Assembly (NCBI GenBank): GCA_017530105.1
Contig: JAFXMW010000108.1
Span: 8,798-72,797 of the forward strand
DNA length: 64,000 nucleotides
Reading direction: 5' to 3'
Origin: Bacteroidales bacterium
GTDB lineage: Bacteria; Bacteroidota; Bacteroidia; Bacteroidales; P3
Shown here: piece by piece, positions 38,144 to 46,247 of the stretch
Layout: each line of letters opens with the position of its first letter
Position numbering within the stretch: position 1 is the stretch's first letter
Notes under the pieces: model-generated
What the model was told of the DNA's origin: nothing
What the model saw: the letters and a program-made list of their open reading frames with translations, nothing else
The model's database searches: none
Translations under genes and position numbers: made by a program

Positions 38144-38525
38144 GCCCCTAATAACTGATTTTTTTTTGTTTTATTGTCTGAGTAGATAAAAAAACACGAA
38201 GGATGGAAAAGCAGGGGTGTAAAAGGGGGTTAGGTGATGTGGGGAAGTGATGTAGAGGAGGGCGTTGCAGTGATTGTGAGAGGGGATGGAAAAGGTGTTA
38301 AAAAAGGCTTTGTGGAGTGTGGAAAAGATTGAAGAAAAAGGGGCTAATTTTCGAAAAAGTGGCTTGAAAACAGGCAAAAAAATAAGCCGAAAGAGCTGAT
38401 TGTGGAAAAATAATTGATCTGAAAATCATTGCGTTGCAATTTTTTTTTGTTGGAAACACAATTATTTGACAAAAAAATCGTAATATTGCCAATTGATTTT
38501 AGGCTCATTTTATACTAAAATTTGC

Positions 38526-39533
38526 ATGATGAAAAAATATAATAAAGTAACATTGATACTGCTACTCGCGATGATGGGTATGCAGGGGGTTAAAGCTCAG
38601 GATGTGGGATTTTCGCAGTTCTATGCCAATCCCCTTTATCTCAATCCCGCCTTTGCAGGTTCGAAGGTGGCTCCCCGTATTTCGTTGGCCTACCGTGCGC
38701 AGTGGCCGGGTCTGGTTTCTGCGTTCTCTTCGTTTAGTGCGTCGTATGACCAGTATATTCCCGACCTGCATGGCGGCATCGGTGCCATATTGATGTCGGA
38801 TAAAATGGGTGACCATGGTATGCTGTCCACCAATATGTTGGGTGCGATGTATTCATTCCGTTTTCAGTTGCATGAAGATATATTCATCAATCTTGCTTTG
38901 CAGGCATCGTTGGTGAACATGAATCTGAATTGGGATCCCAATATCATGCGTTGGCCTGACCAGATTGATGCCAACTGTGGTTGGATTAATTTGACGTCGG
39001 CCACGGCTCCCGACCAGACGAGCGTTTTCTATCCCGATTTTGCTGCGGGCGCCATGGTATACGGACCAGCATGGTATGCAGGATTTGCAGCCCATCACTT
39101 GAGCCAGCCCAGCCAGGGTTTCTATAGCGAGGACCGTGTTCCTATTAAGTTCACTGCCCATGGCGGTGGGTTGATAAACCTGGCTGAGGAGAAACGCCGC
39201 CAGTCGTCGTTGGGCCTTGGCACTCCGGTTATTTCACCGAATTTGATTTATCAGTATCAGGGTGGTTTCCATTATTTCAATTATGGTCTCTATCTTGACT
39301 GGCAGCCTTTCTTGGTGGGCGTGTGGTACCGTCATGGTATTGAAAACCCCGATGCCTTCATTTTTATGGTGGGTGCACAGCATGATTATTTCAAGATTGG
39401 ATACAGCTACGATGTGACGGTTTCAGAGTTGTCGTACAATGTTCTCGGTGCTCACGAAATCACGCTGGGCATTTTGCTCCCCGTTCCGGAACAAAAGCAT
39501 AGGGTGAAGGCTATCCGTTGCCCGTCATTCTAA
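38526..39533 (+). CDS. PorP/SprF-family T9SS membrane protein
   Basis: QDVGFSQFYANPLYLNPAFAG signature after a signal peptide, with a beta-barrel-like remainder. The start is set at ATG 38526. Confidence 0.8.
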   Translation: MMKKYNKVTLILLLAMMGMQGVKAQDVGFSQFYANPLYLNPAFAGSKVAPRISLAYRAQWPGLVSAFSSFSASYDQYIPDLHGGIGAILMSDKMGDHGMLSTNMLGAMYSFRFQLHEDIFINLALQASLVNMNLNWDPNIMRWPDQIDANCGWINLTSATAPDQTSVFYPDFAAGAMVYGPAWYAGFAAHHLSQPSQGFYSEDRVPIKFTAHGGGLINLAEEKRRQSSLGLGTPVISPNLIYQYQGGFHYFNYGLYLDWQPFLVGVWYRHGIENPDAFIFMVGAQHDYFKIGYSYDVTVSELSYNVLGAHEITLGILLPVPEQKHRVKAIRCPSF

Positions 39534-39602
39534 GATTTAAAAATTCTAAAAAACGAAACAAAATATCGTTAATCACGTATACAGAGAAAAAATAAAACTA
39601 CT

Positions 39603-41162
39603 ATGAAGATTTTAAAATTGTCATTCCTTATGTTTGCCTCCGCGCTGCTGATGGTAGCGTGCGGCAGCAAAGAGCAGTCTGCCACCACGGGCTGGAATCT
39701 GAATGATACCGAGTGGGGCGGTTTTGACCGTTCTTCCTATCAGGAGCAGATTACCGGACCGGGATTGGTGTTCATCGAGGGCGGTTCGTTCCAGATGGGT
39801 CGCGTTGCCGATGAATCCCGTTTCTCTTGGAACAATCTTGTTCACACTGTCACCGTTTCATCTTTCTATATTGATGAGACAGAGGTTTCCAATATTTCAT
39901 ACCGTGAGTTTGTTTATTGGATGAACCGTGCCTATGGTGAGGAGTATCCCGAGTTGGTGAAACAGATTTATCCCGACACCAATGTGTGGCGTCAGCGTCT
40001 CTCCTGGGTTGAGAATTTTGTCGAGAACTATTTCCAGTGTGCTATGTTCAACGATTATCCCGTTGTGGGCGTGACTTGGGAACAGGCCTCGCAGTTCTGC
40101 AAATGGCGTACCGACCGTGTAAACGAGAAGATTCTTGTTGATGCCGGTATTATTGACCTTGCTCAGTCAGAGCTGACAGGTTCGGAAGCTTTCCAGACCG
40201 ATGTCTATCTTGCCGGACTGTACAAGGGTGAAGGTAAGGGTGTGCCCGACCTTGACCCCGCCAGTGGTGGTGAGAACCGTAACGTACGCCGTTCGGATGG
40301 TATTCTCCTGCCTAACTACCGCCTCCCGACTGAGGCCGAGTGGGAGTTTGCTGCTCTGGGTATTATTGGTAATACTTTCGACGAGCGTGTTGTGGAGCAT
40401 AAGACCTATCCTTGGGCCGGTCAGAGCCTCCGTTCAGCCAATAAGAAGTATTATGGTCAGTTCCTTGCCAATTTCAAGCGTTCACGTGGCGATGCCATGG
40501 GTGTTGCTGGCAACTTGAACGATGGCTGGGAGTACACAGCTCCTGTTAAGTGGTACTTCCCCAATGACTATGGTCTGTACCACATGGCTGGCAATGTCGC
40601 TGAATGGTGCGGTGATGTCTATCGTAAGGATGTCAACCCCATCGGTGCTGATGACCAAAACCCGTTCCGTGGTAATGTCTACCAGTATATCGCCATGAGT
40701 GAGGACGGTGAAGAAGCCGCCATCGATGAGGCTACCGGTAACCTTATCTATCAGAATGTCCCCGACGACATGAACCGTCGTAACTATCGTCAGGCTGATA
40801 ATATCAACTATCTCGATGGTGACTGGAATTCGAGCATTTATGACTTCGAAAGCAAAGAGTCTACCTCTGCTTCCGGTTGGTTGAGAGAGACCGATGAGGA
40901 AGAGGATTCGGAGGACACCTACACCCGTAGCAATGAAGAACAGACCAACCAAATGTATCACCGTATTGATAGTGTTGACAAGAACAATGTCACCTCTATG
41001 ATTAACAACCGCGTCCGTGTGGTTAAGGGTGGTTCTTGGAGAGACCGTGCTTACTGGATGCAGTGCGGCACCCGCCGTTACTACGACCAGGATCGTAGCA
41101 CCTCTTGGATTGGTTTCCGTTGTGCTATGGACCGTATGGGTTCGCGTACTATTGCGAAGTAG
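39603..41162 (+). CDS. GldJ/PorK-family lipoprotein (FGE-sulfatase/SUMF1 fold)
   Basis: Lipobox LLMVACG, then TGWNLNDTEWGGF, and FGE-sulfatase-like blocks (GLYHMAGNVAEWC; VVKGGSWRD). No porL/M/N follow, so it is more GldJ-like than PorK. Confidence 0.65.
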   Translation: MKILKLSFLMFASALLMVACGSKEQSATTGWNLNDTEWGGFDRSSYQEQITGPGLVFIEGGSFQMGRVADESRFSWNNLVHTVTVSSFYIDETEVSNISYREFVYWMNRAYGEEYPELVKQIYPDTNVWRQRLSWVENFVENYFQCAMFNDYPVVGVTWEQASQFCKWRTDRVNEKILVDAGIIDLAQSELTGSEAFQTDVYLAGLYKGEGKGVPDLDPASGGENRNVRRSDGILLPNYRLPTEAEWEFAALGIIGNTFDERVVEHKTYPWAGQSLRSANKKYYGQFLANFKRSRGDAMGVAGNLNDGWEYTAPVKWYFPNDYGLYHMAGNVAEWCGDVYRKDVNPIGADDQNPFRGNVYQYIAMSEDGEEAAIDEATGNLIYQNVPDDMNRRNYRQADNINYLDGDWNSSIYDFESKESTSASGWLRETDEEEDSEDTYTRSNEEQTNQMYHRIDSVDKNNVTSMINNRVRVVKGGSWRDRAYWMQCGTRRYYDQDRSTSWIGFRCAMDRMGSRTIAK

Positions 41163-41192
41163 TTTTTTTTCATAATAAATGGTATTTATGAG

Positions 41193-41222
41193 AGGGAAAG
41201 ATTTATTCTTTCCCTTTTTTTG
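41193..41222 (+). terminator. Intrinsic terminator after the GldJ-like gene
   Basis: Stem AGGGAAAGA (41193-41201) / TCTTTCCCT (41207-41215) followed by a T-run. Confidence 0.7.
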
Positions 41223-41405
41223 TGGAGTGACGTATGCTCTCGCGGCTTGAGATGGACTGAATCGAAATTTATTGCCCCATTTCGCTCTACTTTTCGGCTC
41301 TGTAACTGATGTGTTGGGTATTGGCATGATATTGGATAACCCTTTTTCACAGACCTGAATCACCTTTTGTTAATAATAATATCTGATTAAGTCGAGTTTT
41401 TTATG

Positions 41406-41413
41406 TATCTTTG
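41406..41413 (+). promoter_or_regulatory. Candidate -7 box (TATCTTTG) for the OstA-like gene
   Basis: Lies 23 nt upstream of ATG 41436, which argues against the track start at 41403. Confidence 0.45.
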
Positions 41414-41435
41414 CACTTTTGATAGTGTTGCTAAA

Positions 41436-42971
41436 ATGAAACTAAAAGTCTTAAAACGTGTGCTTTTGCTGCTTTTGCTAATGGCTACTGTGCCTGTTTG
41501 GGCACAAAAGCTTATTACTTATGATGCAGGCATGGGCACACGCGACCCTTATGATGCCGACGTGTGGATTCTCTATCAGCGTGTCCGTGCTGTGCATGAG
41601 GGGATGGTTCTTCATGCCGATTCGGCATTGCTCAACACGGTGTTGAATGACTTTACTGCTTTCGGCAATATCAAGATAGAGATTTCCGACACAACCACCA
41701 TTTACGGCGACCAACTCTATTATGACGGTGTGAACCGTGTGCTTGACATTTGGGATGACACGGTGAAACTTGTCGATGGAAAGACCATTCTGAAATCAGA
41801 CCATCTTTCCTACGACCGATTATCCTCCATAGCCACCTACGATTCATGGGGCATTACCGTCAACGAGGACAAACGTATGGTCAGTCGCGAGGGGTACTAC
41901 AATTCCGAGACCAAGGTGGTGGACGTTTATCGCGAGGTGGTGTTAACCGATTCCAATATGCGTCTTGAAACAGACACCCTCTCCTACAACAATAATACCA
42001 AGATAGCCCATTTCTGGAGCCCTACCCATATTTATACCGACTCCTCCACCATGTACAGCGAGCATGGCACCTATAACACCGACCTCCGTTATGCCCATTC
42101 CATGAAGGCCTCGGAAGTTCATAATGGCGAAAAGCACATCACCTGCGACACACTTCACTACTATGAGGAGACAGAATTCGGCAGAGCCATAGGCAATGTG
42201 GTGTTGCGCGACACCATCAACGATATTGTCAGTACCAGCCGCTATGCCGAAACCGACAAGTCTACCCATACCTCATTTATTACCGACAGCGCACTGGTTC
42301 GTTTTGTCAATCATGAAGGTGATAGCAAAATGCTCCCAGACACTCTTTATCTCCATGCCGACAGCATCATTGTGCTCAGCGACTCGCTGCGCAAACTACA
42401 GTCGGTCTCTGCCTACCGTCATGTTAAGGTCTTCCGTGGCGAAGCCCAGTCCATGAGCGATTCCCTCTTCTATTCTGCAGCCGACTCCACCATGCAGTTG
42501 TACAAAGACCCTGTGGTATGGTATGAGCACTATCAGGCCCTTGCCGACACCATTATCGTGAAGCACGACTCCTCAGGAGCCCGACAGGCATGGCTAAACA
42601 ATAACATTTTTTGTATAGAGCAGATTGACCCCGACAAATTCAATCAGGTAAAAGGTCGCAATGCCATAGTCTACTTTACTGAGGGCGAGCCGCACTATGC
42701 CGATGTCCTTGGCAATGCAGAAATGGTCTATTACCTTACCGAAGAGGACAATTACGGGCACAAAAGCCTTATCGGTGTCAACACTGGGATGGGTTCTGAC
42801 ATGCGCATCTATTTTGTCGATCGTGCTCCCGACCGTGTAGTCACTTTCGGCAAGCCGGATATGAGCACCTATCCACTCGAACAGCTTTCTGCCGACAAAA
42901 AGCAACTCACCAACTTCCGTTGGATTGAAGACCGTCGCCCCAAAAAGCCAATGGATGTCTTCGTATGGTGA
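41436..42971 (+). CDS. OstA/LptA-like domain periplasmic protein
   Basis: Signal peptide MKLKVLKRVLLLLLLMATVPVWAQ. Repeated beta-jellyroll-like segments (..HADSALLN...GNIKIE..TIYGDQLYYDG..) are typical of OstA-like_N proteins. Confidence 0.55.
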   Translation: MKLKVLKRVLLLLLLMATVPVWAQKLITYDAGMGTRDPYDADVWILYQRVRAVHEGMVLHADSALLNTVLNDFTAFGNIKIEISDTTTIYGDQLYYDGVNRVLDIWDDTVKLVDGKTILKSDHLSYDRLSSIATYDSWGITVNEDKRMVSREGYYNSETKVVDVYREVVLTDSNMRLETDTLSYNNNTKIAHFWSPTHIYTDSSTMYSEHGTYNTDLRYAHSMKASEVHNGEKHITCDTLHYYEETEFGRAIGNVVLRDTINDIVSTSRYAETDKSTHTSFITDSALVRFVNHEGDSKMLPDTLYLHADSIIVLSDSLRKLQSVSAYRHVKVFRGEAQSMSDSLFYSAADSTMQLYKDPVVWYEHYQALADTIIVKHDSSGARQAWLNNNIFCIEQIDPDKFNQVKGRNAIVYFTEGEPHYADVLGNAEMVYYLTEEDNYGHKSLIGVNTGMGSDMRIYFVDRAPDRVVTFGKPDMSTYPLEQLSADKKQLTNFRWIEDRRPKKPMDVFVW

Positions 42972-43082
42972 CAAAATGTCAGTCGTTGGTGTATGGCATC
43001 CCTTTTGATGTGACAAGGAAACGGGTTCCGGCCTCTGCCAGAATCCCGAATATATATTGTTTAACAATAAAATAATGATAAT

Positions 43083-43661
43083 ATGTCCCAAGACGAGAAA
43101 GAAATAAACACCCAGCAGGATATGGCCTCTGACAACAAGGCTGAAGAAACCACTCCCAAGCATGAGAGTGGAGAGAAAAAAGACAGGAAAAAACGTCACG
43201 AGCGTCATGACGAGCATGAACACAAAGTGCAGGAGATGGGCGAGAAGCTGGCCGAAATGAACGACAAGTACCTCCGTCTCTATTCCGAGTACGAAAACTA
43301 TCGCAAACGTACCACCACCGAAAAGGCCGATTTGATTATCAATGGTAGCAAGGATATGATAAAGGCTATTCTTCCTGTGGTTGACGATATGGAGCGTGCC
43401 CTCTCCGCAATGACCGATGCCGATTCGGCAAAGGAAGGCGTTCAGCTTATCTACAACAAACTCATGAACATTCTTTCTCAGAAAGGTCTTAAACCTATTG
43501 AGGCCAAAGGTGAGAAATTCGACGAAAACCTTCATGAGGCCGTCACCCAGTTCCCAGCAGTTGAAGAGGGACAAAAAGGCCTTGTGGTTGATGTTGTCGA
43601 GAAAGGCTATTTTCTCAACGACAAAGTTCTTCGCTACGCCAAAGTGGTCGTGGCTATCTAA
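43083..43661 (+). CDS. grpE: Nucleotide exchange factor GrpE
   Basis: LRLYSEYENYRKRT and the C-terminal GYFLNDKVLRYAKVVV pattern. It lies directly upstream of dnaJ. Confidence 0.9.
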   Translation: MSQDEKEINTQQDMASDNKAEETTPKHESGEKKDRKKRHERHDEHEHKVQEMGEKLAEMNDKYLRLYSEYENYRKRTTTEKADLIINGSKDMIKAILPVVDDMERALSAMTDADSAKEGVQLIYNKLMNILSQKGLKPIEAKGEKFDENLHEAVTQFPAVEEGQKGLVVDVVEKGYFLNDKVLRYAKVVVAI

Positions 43662-43727
43662 TATTTGACTTATTATTCCATTAAGCCCTTGACAGGCATA
43701 ACGACACCGAAACCCGTATAGATTATT

Positions 43728-44894
43728 ATGGCAAAGAGAGATTATTATGAAGTGCTTGGCGTTGACAAAAACGCCACTCCGGAAGAATTGAAGAAGGCTT
43801 ATCGCAAACTGGCCCTCCAATACCATCCCGACCGCAATCCCGGCGACAAGGAAGCGGAGGAGAAGTTCAAAGAGGCTGCCGAGGCATACGATGTCCTCAG
43901 CAACCCCGAAAAGAAGGCTCGTTACGACCAGTTCGGTCCCGCTGCTTTTGATGGCAGTGCGGGGGGTGGCATGAATATGAACGACATCTTCTCGCAGTTC
44001 GGCGACCTCTTCAGCGACTTCTTTGGGGGCGGCGGAGGCTTCGGTGGAGGATTCCGTGGTTTCGGTGGCTTTGGTGGAGCCCAACAGGGGCATCGCCGTG
44101 CCGCTACACGTGGCTCCAACCTACGTATTAAAGTCAAACTCACCCTCGAGGAGATTGAGAAGGGCTGTGAAAAGAAAATCAAGGTGGCCAAATATGTCCC
44201 TTGCAAAACATGCAACGGAACAGGGTCACGCAACAACAATTACGAAACCTGTCCCCACTGCCACGGAACCGGTGTGGTAACCGAAGTGCGTCGCACCATT
44301 CTCGGTCAGATGCAGACACAGAGCGTCTGCCCCAACTGCGGTGGCGAAGGCCGTATAATCAAAGACAAATGCCACGACTGCAATGGTGAGGGCATAGTCC
44401 GCTCAGAGGAAGTCATCACCATCAACATCCCTGCCGGTGTCTACGACGGCATGCAACTCTCCATGTCAGGCAAAGGCAATGCGGCTCCCCGCGGCGGTGT
44501 CCCCGGCGACCTCATCATTCTTGTGGAAGAAATTCCCCACGACCTTTTCGAGCGTCAGGAAACCAATCTCTACTACAACGCTTTCATCACCTTTGCACAA
44601 GCTGCCATGGGTGCAAGCATAGAGATTCCCACTCTTTCCGGTCGGGTAAAGGTGAAAATTGATGCCGGCACCCCTTCAGGCAAAGTGCTGCGCCTTAAAG
44701 GCAAAGGATTGCCCGATGTGAACGGCTATGGCCGTGGCGACCTCTTGGTCAGTGTCAATGTCTGGATACCCAAAAACCTTTCCCGCGAGGAGAAAGAAAC
44801 ACTCACCCGACTTGACAAGTCGCCCAACTTTCAACCCTCCCCCTCCAAGTCGGAGCGTGGTTTCTTCGACAAAATGAAAGACCTTTTCAACTAA
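43728..44894 (+). CDS. dnaJ: Molecular chaperone DnaJ
   Basis: J-domain with HPD, a Gly-rich linker, and four CxxCxGxG zinc-finger motifs. Confidence 0.95.
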   Translation: MAKRDYYEVLGVDKNATPEELKKAYRKLALQYHPDRNPGDKEAEEKFKEAAEAYDVLSNPEKKARYDQFGPAAFDGSAGGGMNMNDIFSQFGDLFSDFFGGGGGFGGGFRGFGGFGGAQQGHRRAATRGSNLRIKVKLTLEEIEKGCEKKIKVAKYVPCKTCNGTGSRNNNYETCPHCHGTGVVTEVRRTILGQMQTQSVCPNCGGEGRIIKDKCHDCNGEGIVRSEEVITINIPAGVYDGMQLSMSGKGNAAPRGGVPGDLIILVEEIPHDLFERQETNLYYNAFITFAQAAMGASIEIPTLSGRVKVKIDAGTPSGKVLRLKGKGLPDVNGYGRGDLLVSVNVWIPKNLSREEKETLTRLDKSPNFQPSPSKSERGFFDKMKDLFN

Positions 44895-44972
44895 TTTCCC
44901 AAAGTAGGGGATTTTGTGTTGGAAATGAGGATTGACAAAGATTAATTCTATTTGTTTATAAATATGGTACGC

Positions 44973-46247
44973 ATGAACGAAGCCTTCCTCCAGTATGTAT
45001 GGCAGCACCAACTGCTGGAGGGAGAGTTGCGTACTGTCGACGGTCTCCCTGTTGTGGTCGAGCGCCCCGGTCTTCTCAACCGCGACAGTGGGCCGGACTT
45101 CTCCGATGCACACGTCAGAATAGGGGAGACTCTTTGGATTGGCAATGTGGAAGTACATGTCCACACCTCCGACTGGAACCACCATCGCCATAGCAACAAC
45201 CGTGCCTACGACAATGTCGTTCTCCATGTTGTCTATGCCCATGACTCGCCTCTCACCCTGCAAAACGGCCATCCTCTGCCCACCTTGCAGCTACGCGACT
45301 TTATTCCCCAACCCCTTTGGGACAACTACGAATCCCTTGTCAACCCTCCCGAGCCATTGCCCGTCCCTTGTGCTCCACGGCTCAACGAGGTGTCGCAGTT
45401 CTACATTTCGGGCTGTCTCGAGAGGCTCTTGCTCGAGCGTTTGGAAAACAAATGCCAAATGGTGCGTCGCCATCTCGACACCAGTCACGGCAACTGGGAG
45501 CAATGCTGCTATGTCCTTTTGGCCCATTATTTTGGAGGCAAAGCCAACGCTCTTCCTTTCGAACTTTTAGCTCAGTCAATTCCACAGACGCTGTTGGCTC
45601 GCTGGCGCGACAAACCCCAGCGCATCGAGGCTCTTCTTTTCGGGCAGGCGGGACTGCTCGAAGGCTATTTCTCAGACGACTATCCTCGTCAGCTTCAAGC
45701 CGACTACGAAGCCCTTCGCCAAGGGGCAGGACTTAAGCCCATTGCAGCACCCATGTGGCGTTTTTTCCGCATCCGTCCTTATAGTTTCCCCACCCTTCGC
45801 ATCAGCCAGTTTGCTCAGCTTGTCTGCCGTTCCCACAGCCTTTTCAGTCGGTTGTTGGAAACTCCTTCGGCCTCCGACATCCAGCAGCTTTTCAATGTCC
45901 AGGCTTCCCCCTATTGGGACAACCATTTTCATTTCGACCGCCCCTCTCCCGGCAACACAAAACGTGTCGGCGGCGATTTTGTCGACATGCTCATCATCAA
46001 TGCCTGGGCACCGCTCCTTTTCGAGTATGGTTGTCAACATGCCCAGCAGCACTACAAAGACCGTGCCGTCGACCTTCTCCTTCAACTCAAGCCCGAAAAC
46101 AACCGCATCGTCCGGCAATGGGCCGCTGTTGGAGTCAAGGCTTCCAGTGCAGCCCAAAGTCAAGCTCTCATCCAGTTGGCCAATGACTATTGCACCCATC
46201 GCAACTGTCTTAATTGTCAGATAGGTTATAAAATCATCACACATTGA
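44973..46247 (+). CDS. DUF2851 family protein
   Basis: MNEAFLQYVWQHQLL... is the typical family N-terminus. A C-terminal CxxC follows. The start is set at ATG 44973. Confidence 0.7.
   Translation: MNEAFLQYVWQHQLLEGELRTVDGLPVVVERPGLLNRDSGPDFSDAHVRIGETLWIGNVEVHVHTSDWNHHRHSNNRAYDNVVLHVVYAHDSPLTLQNGHPLPTLQLRDFIPQPLWDNYESLVNPPEPLPVPCAPRLNEVSQFYISGCLERLLLERLENKCQMVRRHLDTSHGNWEQCCYVLLAHYFGGKANALPFELLAQSIPQTLLARWRDKPQRIEALLFGQAGLLEGYFSDDYPRQLQADYEALRQGAGLKPIAAPMWRFFRIRPYSFPTLRISQFAQLVCRSHSLFSRLLETPSASDIQQLFNVQASPYWDNHFHFDRPSPGNTKRVGGDFVDMLIINAWAPLLFEYGCQHAQQHYKDRAVDLLLQLKPENNRIVRQWAAVGVKASSAAQSQALIQLANDYCTHRNCLNCQIGYKIITH

Noticed and set aside
38213-38290. A canonical G-quadruplex motif in the porU/porP intergenic tract
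   Set aside because: G-runs exist, but the loops between them are long (7 to more than 20 nt), so a standard G3+N1-7 quadruplex is not satisfied. I keep only the broader C-depletion observation as a finding.
42594-44093. 499-aa minus-strand ORF spanning the OstA-like 3' end, grpE and the dnaJ 5' end
   Set aside because: It lies antisense to three genes with unmistakable family motifs. Its translation is low-information with no motif. Strong C-ending codon usage on the sense strand removes stop codons from the antisense frame.
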